Source of the DNA: Chloroflexota bacterium
GTDB lineage: Bacteria > Chloroflexota > Dehalococcoidia > UBA2979
NCBI GenBank assembly: GCA_947472995.1
Contig: CANJBO010000001.1
Coordinates: 204,361 to 268,360 of the forward strand
Direction of reading: 5' to 3'
DNA: 64,000 nt
Numbering within the stretch: the first letter of the stretch is position 1; every line of letters begins with the position of its first letter. The position numbers were made by a program, and so were the translations under genes. A model generated the notes under the pieces. It was not told the DNA's origin. It saw nothing but the letters and a program-made list of their open reading frames with translations, and searched no databases. This document shows positions 26,430 through 34,649 of this stretch, piece by piece.

Positions 26430-27227
26430 CTACGCGCCGAGCTGGTACGTGCGGTCGAGGAAGCCGATGTGGATGAGCCCGCTCATCTGCATCCCGAGCA
26501 CCATCATCACGATCCCCCCGAGCCGCGCCAGCAGGTCGCCCGACCCGAACACGAGGTCGCCGAGGAACCCCGCCGCCGCCCCCGCCGTCGCGAACACCAC
26601 GGTGAACCCCACGACGAATGCCGCCGCGTGCGCGATCACGTGCCCGCGACTCCGCGCGGCGTCGCCGCCCGTCCCGCCGAGGACCGCCTCGCCGGCGATG
26701 TTCACGAGGTAGGCCGGCACGAGCGGCAGCACGCACGGGGAGAGGAACGACACCACGCCGCCAAAGAACGCGACGCCCGGCCCGAACCAGCCCCCGACGT
26801 TGCCGGTCAACTGCTGCTCAGCGCGCTCGGTACCGGAGAACGCGAAGCCGAGGCCCTGCGCGTAGGCGTTGAGCCGCGAGAACTCGCCGAGGAACATCAG
26901 AGCGCCGAGGACGATGAAGAACGCGCCGCTCGCAATCATCAGCGCGGGGAGGTACGGGTTCAGCCGGCGCATCCTCGGCGCGAGCCAGCTGAAGCACGCG
27001 CCGAAGGCCATGAACCACACGCCGAGGCCGAGCGCGTAGCACGTGAGCAGCAGCGCGCCCTGCAACGCCTGCCCGGACGCGGCCGCGAGCGTGAGCACGA
27101 CGCCGAGGATCGGCCCGATGCACGGCGACCACGCGAGCGAGAACGCGGCCCCGATCGCGAACGAGCGCGGCGCCCCCTGCGCGACCAGCCGACGCAGCCC
27201 GCGCGGGCGCGCGGCGACGCTCGACAC
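26430..27227 (-). CDS. ccdA: CcdA/DsbD-family thiol-disulfide transporter with swapped (circularly permuted) halves
   Basis: Six TM helices. WSPCIGPILG (normally the second Cys motif) comes first, and SFLSPCVLPLVPAYL (normally N-terminal) comes second. GTG start lies 1 nt after the upstream stop. Confidence 0.85.
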   Translation of the reverse strand: MSSVAARPRGLRRLVAQGAPRSFAIGAAFSLAWSPCIGPILGVVLTLAAASGQALQGALLLTCYALGLGVWFMAFGACFSWLAPRMRRLNPYLPALMIASGAFFIVLGALMFLGEFSRLNAYAQGLGFAFSGTERAEQQLTGNVGGWFGPGVAFFGGVVSFLSPCVLPLVPAYLVNIAGEAVLGGTGGDAARSRGHVIAHAAAFVVGFTVVFATAGAAAGFLGDLVFGSGDLLARLGGIVMMVLGMQMSGLIHIGFLDRTYQLGA

Positions 27228-27228
27228 G

Positions 27229-27492
27229 CTACTCGTCGATCCCGAGCAGTCGACGCCGCGCGGCGTCGTACCGCTCCTTCGCGCGGGCCTCGCGGTTCAG
27301 CAGGCCCTTGATCTGCTCCGGCGGCAGGCGGTTGCCCTCGAGCAGCAGCGAGTGCACGCCGGACAGGTGCTTCTGCCACTGGTCGTACGCGTCGCGGTAG
27401 GCCTGCTTCGGGTCCGCGCTCGCGGGCGCCGCGGGCTCGTCGTCGCCAGCCACATCGCCGGTCACGTCGTCAGTCGTGTCGTCGCTCGTCAT
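27229..27492 (-). CDS. Small acidic/helical hypothetical protein (87 aa), first gene of the ccdA transcription unit
   Basis: ATG at 27492 and high GC3. TACACT lies 6 nt upstream of the ATG (leaderless-type arrangement). Confidence 0.55.
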   Translation of the reverse strand: MTSDDTTDDVTGDVAGDDEPAAPASADPKQAYRDAYDQWQKHLSGVHSLLLEGNRLPPEQIKGLLNREARAKERYDAARRRLLGIDE

Positions 27493-27498
27493 GCGGCC

Positions 27499-27504
27499 AG
27501 TGTA
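27499..27504 (-). promoter_or_regulatory. -10 box TACACT positioned for a leaderless transcript
   Basis: Minus-strand sequence is gcaTACACTggccgcATG. There is no SD. Confidence 0.4.
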
Positions 27505-27601
27505 TGCCGCGGCCCGACGGATGCCGAGCCAGCACGACCGCCTCGCTGAGGGCGGCGCGCGATCGGACGGTGCTCGCTTGCGTGGTCACGAGTGCGTGCT
27601 G

Positions 27602-27607
27602 CTAGGC
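27602..27607 (+). promoter_or_regulatory. -10 box TAGGCT (extended TGc) for the riboswitch-terC transcript
   Basis: ctgcTAGGCTgcgatcagacgaagggg. The aptamer begins about 8-10 nt downstream. Confidence 0.4.
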
Positions 27608-27614
27608 TGCGATC

Positions 27615-27712
27615 AGACGAAGGGGAGTAGTCCCAACAAGCGGCGCCGTCAGTACGGCCTTCGGGCCCGGTGCCGCTGCCCTGCGAAACCGCAGGGTGGA
27701 CAAGACCTTCTG
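27615..27712 (+). promoter_or_regulatory. yybP-ykoY manganese riboswitch aptamer
   Basis: The conserved 5' GAAGGGGAGUAG and 3' GGACAAGACCUUC are present. A four-way junction can be drawn: P1 GAAGG/CCUUC, GUCC/GGAC, AGCGGC/GCCGCU with a GGCC-UUCG-GGCC hairpin, and CCCUGCG-AAAC-CGCAGGG. A TerC-family gene lies downstream, which is the usual association. Confidence 0.9.
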
Positions 27713-27747
27713 CGAACAACGTGTCCGCAGAAGGGACCCCACACTCC

Positions 27748-28761
27748 ATGGGACTCGATATCCTCGCGCGCCCAGACCTCCAGGCCTGGATGGCGTTCAA
27801 CGCGTTCATCATCGCGATGCTCGCGGTCGATCTGTTCGTGCTGCATCGGAATGCGCACGAGGTCTCCATTCGCGAGGCGGCGCTCACCAGTCTCGGGTGG
27901 ATCGTCCTCGGCCTGTCGTTCGGCGGGCTGCTGTGGTGGATGCGTGGCCCCACGCCGGCCGGCGAGTACCTCGCGGGCTACCTGATCGAGAAGAGCCTCT
28001 CGGTCGACAACGTCTTCATCTTCGTGCTCATCTTCTCGTTCTTCTCCGTGCCCGCCGCGTATCAGCACCGGGTGCTGTTCTGGGGCGTGGTCGGTGCGCT
28101 GGTGATGCGCGGCATCTTCATCGTCGCCGGCGCGGCACTCCTGGAGCGCTTCGACTGGATCCTGTACCTGTTCGGCGCCTTCCTGCTCTTCACCGCGTTC
28201 AAGATGCTGCGGCACACGGAGATGACGCTGGACCCCCAGCAGAACCGCTTGCTGCGCCTCGTCGGTCGGATCGTGCCGCTCACCCCGGACTACGACGGAC
28301 AGCGGATGTTCACGAGGCGGACCGGGGCGTTGATGGCCACGCCGCTGTTCGCGGTCCTCGTGATGGTCGAGACCACCGACCTCGTATTCGCGGTCGACTC
28401 GATCCCCGCGATCTTCGCGGTGACGCGGGATCCCTTTCTCGTCTACACGTCGAATGCCTTCGCGATCCTCGGCCTGCGGGCCCTGTACTTCCTCCTCGCC
28501 GGGGTCGCGGACCGGTTCGTCTACCTGAAGACGGGGCTCGCGGTCATCCTCGCGTTCGTCGGCACGAAGATGCTGATCGTCGAGTTCTATCACGTGCCGG
28601 TGTGGGCCTCACTTGCCGTGATCGGGGGCGTGCTCTCGTTGGCGATCGGCGCGTCGCTGATGAGTCGGCGCCACCTCGATCCTGAGCGGGACGCGCCGCT
28701 GCCGGATCCGCTGGGCCTGTTGTCAGGCGACGGAGACCGCGAGGACTCCGGTCGACACTAG
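27748..28761 (+). CDS. TerC family integral membrane protein (putative Mn2+ exporter, Alx/YkoY-like)
   Basis: N-terminus is MGLDILARPDLQAWMAFNAFIIAMLAVDLFVLH, with YLIEKSLSVDNVFIF and DSIPAIFAVTRDPFLVYTSNAFAILGLRALYF. Confidence 0.93.
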   Translation: MGLDILARPDLQAWMAFNAFIIAMLAVDLFVLHRNAHEVSIREAALTSLGWIVLGLSFGGLLWWMRGPTPAGEYLAGYLIEKSLSVDNVFIFVLIFSFFSVPAAYQHRVLFWGVVGALVMRGIFIVAGAALLERFDWILYLFGAFLLFTAFKMLRHTEMTLDPQQNRLLRLVGRIVPLTPDYDGQRMFTRRTGALMATPLFAVLVMVETTDLVFAVDSIPAIFAVTRDPFLVYTSNAFAILGLRALYFLLAGVADRFVYLKTGLAVILAFVGTKMLIVEFYHVPVWASLAVIGGVLSLAIGASLMSRRHLDPERDAPLPDPLGLLSGDGDREDSGRH

Positions 28762-28816
28762 CGAGCCGCCGGTCGGCGCTGTCGAGGCGAGAGGCTGATC
28801 GAGCGATCCCAATACG

Positions 28817-28848
28817 AAGGCCCCTGATCACTCAGGGGCCTTCTTTTG
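28817..28848 (+). terminator. Rho-independent terminator after terC
   Basis: 11-bp perfect stem aaggcccctga / tcaggggcctt with a 4-nt loop, followed by cttttg. Confidence 0.75.
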
Positions 28849-28857
28849 AATCGTGGC

Positions 28858-28934
28858 TGGTGACCCATACCGGATTCGAACCGGTGATCTCCACCTTGAG
28901 AGGGTGGCGTCCTGGGCCGCTAGACGAATGGGCC
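28858..28934 (-). tRNA. tRNA-Glu (anticodon CUC)
   Basis: Reverse complement reads GGCCCAUUCGUCUAGCGGCC...CCACC-CUCUCAA-GGUGG...GGUUCGAAUCC...AUGGGUCACCA. CCA is encoded. Confidence 0.93.
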
Positions 28935-29008
28935 ACGGCGTCGGAAGAACGGCCGATAGCGTATCGAATCCTCGACGCAGGCGCCATCGCGGCTCCTCGG
29001 CGGGGCGC

Positions 29009-29782
29009 TCAGGAGTCCGGCGGGCCGTCGGGATAGGCCAGCGGGAGCGTCGAGGCGGTCCCGAAGAACGGGGCGAACGTGACGCCGGCGCGCGCGTAGA
29101 CGCCCGGCGGGATGCCGACGTCCGCCACCCACAGCTCGCCCGCGTTCGCACGCGTCAGGCCGCGCTTCGGCAGCCCCAGCGTGAGCGTGCGCGTCGGCAG
29201 CACGGCGTACCCGGGCACGGAGCCATCGTCCGCGTCGAGGCCGGACGGGACGTCGATCGAGAGCACCGGCACGCCCGCCTCGCGCGCCGCGCGGGCGGCG
29301 AAGATCAGGCCGCGCTGCACGGGCTGCGGCTCACCGACGAGACGGCACCCGAGCACCGCGTCCACCAGCACGTCCGCCGAGGCGACGTCGAACGCCTCGT
29401 CCCAGCGGGTGACGCGCGCGGGCGCCTCGGCCAGCGCGAGGAACGCCTCGCCCAGCGCGCCGTCCGCACGCTGCGGCGGGACGACGGTGATCACCTGCAC
29501 GGCGAGCCCGCGGTTCGCGAGGTGACGCGCGGCGCACACGCCGGCCGCGCCGTTGCGCCCGGAGCCGCACAGCACGATCGCTCGCGCGCCCGGCCACCGC
29601 GCGCCGAGCAGGTCGATCGCGGCGAGGGCCGCCTGCTGCCCCGCGAGCTCCAGCGCCTGGAGCAGCGACGGCCCGGTCGCCTCGATCGCGATGCGATCGA
29701 CCTCGCGCATCTCGGCGACGGAGACGGCGGGCACGCGCTGCCCGTGCGGGGCGGTGAAGTGAACGCGTTGCGTGGTGGTCAT
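29009..29782 (-). CDS. YjeF_N / NAD(P)H-hydrate epimerase-like protein (stand-alone, divergent Gly-rich motif)
   Basis: ATG at 29782; the longer ORF would overlap tRNA-Glu. Contains VDRIAIEATGPSLLQALELAG...AIVLCGSGRNGAAGVCAARHLANRGLAVQVI. Confidence 0.78.
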   Translation of the reverse strand: MTTTQRVHFTAPHGQRVPAVSVAEMREVDRIAIEATGPSLLQALELAGQQAALAAIDLLGARWPGARAIVLCGSGRNGAAGVCAARHLANRGLAVQVITVVPPQRADGALGEAFLALAEAPARVTRWDEAFDVASADVLVDAVLGCRLVGEPQPVQRGLIFAARAAREAGVPVLSIDVPSGLDADDGSVPGYAVLPTRTLTLGLPKRGLTRANAGELWVADVGIPPGVYARAGVTFAPFFGTASTLPLAYPDGPPDS

Positions 29783-29848
29783 CGGATGGTCATCGACGGC
29801 GTGCGTCGTGCGTGCGATGCCCGCGCGCGCGGCGCGCCGAGCAAAGCG

Positions 29849-29923
29849 TGGTGCCCCCAAGGGGAGTCGAACCCCTGTTTGTACCTTGAAAGGGTGCCGT
29901 CCTGACCGCTAGACGATGGGGGC
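29849..29923 (-). tRNA. tRNA-Glu (anticodon UUC)
   Basis: Reverse complement reads GCCCCCAUCGUCUAGCGGUCAGGACGGCACC-CUUUCAA-GGUAC...GGGGUUCGACUCCCC...GGGGGCACCA. There is one C-A mismatch in the anticodon stem. Confidence 0.9.
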
Positions 29924-29986
29924 GTCGGCTCGGTGAGGATACCAGCGCCCTGCCCCTCGGTCATCGCTGGCGCTCCCCGGCCATCG

Positions 29987-30679
29987 CTAGCGGGGGAGCC
30001 ACGGGCGGTGCGTGATCTCGGGCAGCTGGTCGCGCGAGGTCACGAAGGGCGCGCTGGTGCGACTCGAGAACGACGGCGGCGCGAACGGACGCTCCTCGCG
30101 GCCGGCACCGGTCAGCTCGCGGTCGGAGCGCGCGTCGAGCGGCATCGCGCGGTGGCCGTCCTCAGCGTGCGGCGCGACCGGGCCGTCGGCCGGCGACGGC
30201 GCGGACGGACCGCCCGAGGGCGTGCTCGACGGCGGCATCGCGGTCGGTGCGACGTGCGGCTCCGGCGGCGCGTCCATCAGGTACGCGGGCTCCTCGTCGC
30301 GGCGCTGCCAGAACAGGTACGCCAGCACCCCGCCGATGACGGCGAGGCCGAGGACGATCAACGCAGCGTTCCGCTTGCCATGCGTCTTGCGCACCGGACG
30401 CCGCGCGGCGCGCTCGAGGATCGGGATGGCGCGCTCGATGTACGGCGCCGCCTCGTCCCGCATCTCCTCGATCAGCTCGGCAACACGCTCGGACGAGAGG
30501 CTGTCGGCGACCGCCTCGATGCGCGCGCGGCCGCGCTCGACGGCCTGTTCGATCTGCTGCTCGATGAGCTGGCGGTCAAGCGACGGCATGCCCGACATCG
30601 ACGGCATGGACTTCATCGACGATTTCACGGACGAGCGGAACGAGGGACGACGGGGGCGGAGGGACTGGAACAGAGGCAT
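29987..30679 (-). CDS. Single-pass membrane protein, unknown function (coiled N-half, Pro-rich C-half)
   Basis: ATG at 30679. Contains an SMKSMPSMSGMPS repeat, a helical segment, a TM helix (AALIVLGLAVIGGVLAYLFW) and a Pro/Ser-rich tail. Confidence 0.6.
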   Translation of the reverse strand: MPLFQSLRPRRPSFRSSVKSSMKSMPSMSGMPSLDRQLIEQQIEQAVERGRARIEAVADSLSSERVAELIEEMRDEAAPYIERAIPILERAARRPVRKTHGKRNAALIVLGLAVIGGVLAYLFWQRRDEEPAYLMDAPPEPHVAPTAMPPSSTPSGGPSAPSPADGPVAPHAEDGHRAMPLDARSDRELTGAGREERPFAPPSFSSRTSAPFVTSRDQLPEITHRPWLPR

Positions 30680-30764
30680 GGAGCACCGCCTGAAGGGGGC
30701 CCGCACGCCGTGCCACCGGCTCGGACCCCTGTGGATAACGTGGGGTCCCCCGGTCGGGAGGTGG

Positions 30765-30791
30765 AGTGTAGCAGAGTGCGCGGGCCTGCAA
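30765..30791 (-). promoter_or_regulatory. Putative promoter TTGCAG-15 nt-(TGc)TACACT
   Basis: Minus-strand sequence is TTGCAGgcccgcgcactcTGcTACACT, upstream of the 29987-30679 gene. Confidence 0.35.
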
Positions 30792-30835
30792 GACCGCCGG
30801 CGCGGCCTACGCCACGCCGATCTCGTGACAGTTCA

Positions 30836-30875
30836 CGCGAGGCCTCGACGGGCCGTCGAGATGGCTCGCCTCGCG
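30836..30875 (-). terminator. Nested GC-rich hairpin directly after the stop of the molybdoenzyme gene (no U-tract)
   Basis: Outer 8-bp stem is cgcgaggc / gcctcgcg. Inner 7-bp stem is ctcgacg-gcc-cgtcgag. Confidence 0.4.
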
Positions 30876-31481
30876 CTAGCCGTAGCGCTCCTCGGTCCAG
30901 GGGTCGCCGTGCATGTGGTAGCCGTACATCTCCCAGAAGCCGGGGCGGTCGGCGGCGACGAACTCGATGCCTTTCACCCACTTCGCGCTCTTCCAGAAAT
31001 AGAGCGCGGGGACCAGGCCACGCAGCGGCCCGCCATGCTCGGCGGTGAGCGGCTGACCGGCGTGCGTGTGCACCAGCATGTTCTCGCGCCCCTGCAGCTC
31101 GCTCAGCGGGACGTTCGTCGTGTAGCCGCCGTACGAGTGGAAGATCACGTGCCCGGCTTCGGGCGTCGGGCGGACCAGCGCCTGGAGATCGACGAAGGGG
31201 ACGCCGACCCAGTCGTTGTCGTACTTGCTCCACGTGGTGACGCAGTGGATGTCAGAGCGGCTGCGCTCCTGCGCGAGCGCGTTGAGCTGCTCCCACGTGA
31301 GCGTGACCTCCTGCTCGACGAGCCCGAAGATCCGCAGCTCCCACGTCGCCATGTCGATCTTCGGGATCGAGCCGTAGTGGAGCACCGGCCAGCCGTCGGT
31401 CAGTCGCTGGCCCGGGGGCAGTCGAGGACGCCCGTCCGGACGCGTCTCGGTGGGCTGGGGGGTTCGGCCGAACAGCGCCAT
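30876..31481 (-). CDS. Sulfite oxidase-like molybdopterin oxidoreductase (small cytoplasmic type)
   Basis: Contains WELRIFGLVEQEVTLTWEQLNAL, DIHCVTTWSKYDNDWVGVPF and EHGGPLRGLVPALYFWKSAKWVKGIEF. Confidence 0.88.
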   Translation of the reverse strand: MALFGRTPQPTETRPDGRPRLPPGQRLTDGWPVLHYGSIPKIDMATWELRIFGLVEQEVTLTWEQLNALAQERSRSDIHCVTTWSKYDNDWVGVPFVDLQALVRPTPEAGHVIFHSYGGYTTNVPLSELQGRENMLVHTHAGQPLTAEHGGPLRGLVPALYFWKSAKWVKGIEFVAADRPGFWEMYGYHMHGDPWTEERYG

Positions 31482-31596
31482 GCGGCACCTCCGTGGCGGA
31501 TCATCGACCCATTCAGTCTAGCACCGCGTCCGTCGCCACCTCGTGAGGCGGTGCACGCGCGACCCTGCCCGTCGAGGTGATTACGATGGATGCACG

Positions 31597-32145
31597 ATGA
31601 CCTCCCCCACGCTGCCCCATCCCTCCGAGCGCGCGAGCGCGTCGCTCTCCGCAGCCGACCGCGGCCGCCGGATCGTGACGTTCCTGCTGATCGCCGGCGC
31701 GGTGATCCTCGTGGACCAGTGGACGAAGGCGCTCGTCCGCGCGCGGCTGGAGATCGGGGAGACGTGGCCGCCGGGCTGGGAGCTGATCCGCCTGACGCAC
31801 CTCGAGAACACCGGTGCCGCCTTCGGCATCTTCCCCGGCGCGAGCGGCGTGCTGATGATCATCGGTCTCGGCGCAGTCGCGGCGATCGCCGTGGTGCTCG
31901 TGATGCTCCCGTCGAGGAGCCCGCTCTACACGATCGCGCTGAGCGGCATCCTCGGCGGCGCGGTGGGCAACCTGATCGACCGCGTGCGCCTCGGCGGGGT
32001 CACGGACTTCATCGACCCGACGCACTACCCGGCGTTCAACATCGCGGACTCTGCGATCGTGCTGAGCGTGATCGTGCTGCTCGCGTACACGTGGTTCCAG
32101 CCCGAAGAGCCGCGCGACGCACCGCGATCCGAGGTGGGGCGATGA
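31597..32145 (+). CDS. lspA: Lipoprotein signal peptidase II
   Basis: Contains VDQWTKALV, LENTGAAFGIF, GNLIDRVRLGGVTDFID and FNIADSAI. Confidence 0.9.
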   Translation: MTSPTLPHPSERASASLSAADRGRRIVTFLLIAGAVILVDQWTKALVRARLEIGETWPPGWELIRLTHLENTGAAFGIFPGASGVLMIIGLGAVAAIAVVLVMLPSRSPLYTIALSGILGGAVGNLIDRVRLGGVTDFIDPTHYPAFNIADSAIVLSVIVLLAYTWFQPEEPRDAPRSEVGR

Positions 32146-33083
32146 GCGTCGAGGTGAGCATCCTGAGCGACGTCGAGGACCGCCTCGACCGTGTCGTGAC
32201 GGCCGCGATGCCGGCGCTGTCGCGCTCGCAGGTGCGGCGACTGATCGACGACGGCCACGTGTCGATCGAAGGCGTCGTCGCGGAGCGCGCGAGCACCACC
32301 GTGCCGGTGGGCACGCACATCGTGGTCGACCAGCCGGTGCTCCGCGACCTCGACATCGGCGCTAACGAGGTGCCGCTCCAGGTCCTCTTCGAGGACGAGG
32401 AGACGCTGGTCCTCGACAAGCAGCCCGGCGTGATCGTGCACCCGCGTCCCGGCGTGGACGAGGTGACGCTGATCAACGCCGTGCGCGCGCGCTACCCGCA
32501 GGTGCGCGAGATCAGCGACAACGACCGCGGCGGCGTGGTGCACCGGCTGGACCGCGACACCTCCGGCGTGATCGTCTTCGCGAAGTCGGAGGCGTCGCAG
32601 TACGCGCTCAAGGAGCAGTGGCGCCAGCGCGAGACCATGAAGCGATACCTCGCGATCGTCGAGGGGCGTCCGCAGCCCGCCGAGGGGATCATCGACGCCC
32701 CGCTCGGCGCCGACCCCGCCGATCCTCGCCGGCGCGCGGTGGTCGAGGAGGGGCAGTCGGCGCGCTCGGAGTACCGCGTCCTCGAGCAGTACGGCGACGA
32801 GGCGGCCCTCGCGCTGGTGCGCATCTACACCGGCCGCACGCACCAGATCCGCGTGCACATGGGCGCGGTCGGCCACCCCGTGATCGCCGACCGCCTGTAC
32901 GGCCACCCGTCCGACGTCATCGACCGGCAGGCGTTGCACGCATGGCGCCTCGGCTTCACGCTCGCCTCGAACGGCGCGTGGCGCGAGTTCGAGGCGCCCG
33001 TCCCTGCTGACCTGCGGGACGCGGTGCACGTGCTGCGCGCGCGCCATGACGTGGCCCCGTCCGAGATCGGAGCGCTCGCGTGA
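32142..33083 (+). CDS. rluD: RluA-family 23S rRNA pseudouridine synthase (RluD-like)
   Basis: ATGA overlap with lspA. An S4 domain precedes HRLDRDTSGVIVFAKS and TGRTHQIRVH. Confidence 0.93.
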   Translation: MSVEVSILSDVEDRLDRVVTAAMPALSRSQVRRLIDDGHVSIEGVVAERASTTVPVGTHIVVDQPVLRDLDIGANEVPLQVLFEDEETLVLDKQPGVIVHPRPGVDEVTLINAVRARYPQVREISDNDRGGVVHRLDRDTSGVIVFAKSEASQYALKEQWRQRETMKRYLAIVEGRPQPAEGIIDAPLGADPADPRRRAVVEEGQSARSEYRVLEQYGDEAALALVRIYTGRTHQIRVHMGAVGHPVIADRLYGHPSDVIDRQALHAWRLGFTLASNGAWREFEAPVPADLRDAVHVLRARHDVAPSEIGALA

Positions 33084-34564
33084 CAGACGACCTGAAGCCC
33101 GCCCGCCTGCGCCTCGCGCCCAGCCCCACCGGCGAGCCGCACGTCGGCGTGCTGCGCACCGCGATCTGGTCGTGGCTCTACGCGAAGCGCACGGGCGGGC
33201 AGTTCCTCCTGCGCATCGAGGACACCGACCAGACGCGCCTCGTGCCCGGCTCCGTCGAGCGGATCATCCGCTCGCTGGACTGGCTCGGCCTGACGTACGA
33301 CGAAGGCCCCGATATCGGCGGCCCGTTCGCGCCGTACACCCAGTCCGAGCGCCTGCCGATGTACCAGGAGGCTGCGGCGCGCCTCGTGCAGAGCGGCAAC
33401 GCCTACCCGTGCTTCTGCAGCTCGGAGGAGCTCGACGCCCTGCGCGCACGGCAGCAGGCGGAGAAGCGCGCGACGGGGTACGAGGGCAAGTGCCGCGTGA
33501 TCGCCCCGGCGGAGGCCGCGGCGCGCGCCGCCGCCGAGCCGCACGTCATCCGCTTCGCCGTCCCGCGCGAGGGCGCGACCACCGTCGAGGACCTGCTGCG
33601 CGGCCCGGTGGTCGTGGAGAACCGCACGCTGGACGACTTCGTGATCCTGAAGAGCGACGGCTTCCCCACGTACCACCTCGCGCACGTCGTGGACGACACG
33701 GCGATGGAGATCACGCACGTCACGCGCGGCGACGAGTGGCTGCCGAGCGCGCCTCGACACGCGCTGCTGTTCGACGCGCTCGGCTACCCGCGCCCGATCT
33801 ACGTGCACAACCCGGTGATCCTCGCGCCCGGCGGCGGCAAGCTGTCGAAGCGGCACGGCGCGAAGTCCGCGCTCGAGTACGCCGAGGACGGCTACCTCGC
33901 TGACGCGCTGGTGAACTTCCTGTGCATCACCGGCTGGGGCCACGGCGACGAGACGGTGATGAGCCGCGAGGAGCTGACGCGCGTCTTCGACATCAAGGAC
34001 ATCAGCCTCGCGCCGGCGACCTTCGACACCGAGAAGCTGAACTGGATGAACGGCGTCTACCTGCGCCAGATGCCGGAGCAGCAGCTCGCCGAGCTGTTCG
34101 CGCAGCGGCTCGAGATCGACCTGCCGCCCGACGTACCGCGCCCCCTCGACCGCTCATTCGTCGAGGAGTTCACGCCGCTGATCCGCGAGCGCGTGCAGCT
34201 GCTGACGGACGTGCTGCCGCTGGTGGACTTCTTCTACCAGTCGGTCGTCGCCACCCCGCCGGTGGAGGAGTTCCTCGCGAAGAAGTGGAAGGACCAGCCG
34301 CAGGCCACCGCGGACGCCCTCGACGCCGCGGCCGACGACCTCGACGCGCTCGATGACTGGGACGCGGAGACGCTGGAGGCGACGCTGCGCGCCACGGCGG
34401 AGCGGGTGGGAGCGCGTGCGGGCGACCTGTTCACGCTGGTCCGGCTCGCCGTGACCGGCAAGACCATCACCCCCCCGCTCTTCGAGTCGATGGTGATCGT
34501 GGGCACCGGGCCGAGCATCGACCGCGTCCGCGCGGCCTCGGCGGCGGTCCGCGCCTCGATCTAG
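33080..34564 (+). CDS. gltX: Glutamate--tRNA ligase
   Basis: GTGA overlap with rluD. Contains LRLAPSPTGEPHVGVLRTAIW (HIGH), LLRIEDTDQTR and KLSKRHG (KMSKS). Confidence 0.96.
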   Translation: MTDDLKPARLRLAPSPTGEPHVGVLRTAIWSWLYAKRTGGQFLLRIEDTDQTRLVPGSVERIIRSLDWLGLTYDEGPDIGGPFAPYTQSERLPMYQEAAARLVQSGNAYPCFCSSEELDALRARQQAEKRATGYEGKCRVIAPAEAAARAAAEPHVIRFAVPREGATTVEDLLRGPVVVENRTLDDFVILKSDGFPTYHLAHVVDDTAMEITHVTRGDEWLPSAPRHALLFDALGYPRPIYVHNPVILAPGGGKLSKRHGAKSALEYAEDGYLADALVNFLCITGWGHGDETVMSREELTRVFDIKDISLAPATFDTEKLNWMNGVYLRQMPEQQLAELFAQRLEIDLPPDVPRPLDRSFVEEFTPLIRERVQLLTDVLPLVDFFYQSVVATPPVEEFLAKKWKDQPQATADALDAAADDLDALDDWDAETLEATLRATAERVGARAGDLFTLVRLAVTGKTITPPLFESMVIVGTGPSIDRVRAASAAVRASI

Positions 34565-34649
34565 CGCCCGCGGAGCGAGCGAGGATCGATACGCCCGCGA
34601 GATCGACGCAGCGCGCGATCGGTTGTTACACTTCGACGCGACGCATCGC

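Noticed and set aside
30730-30738. DnaA box as a marker of the replication origin
   Set aside because: It is a single box with no cluster of boxes, no AT-rich unwinding element and no dnaA, dnaN or rpmH nearby. I kept it only as a possible regulatory site.
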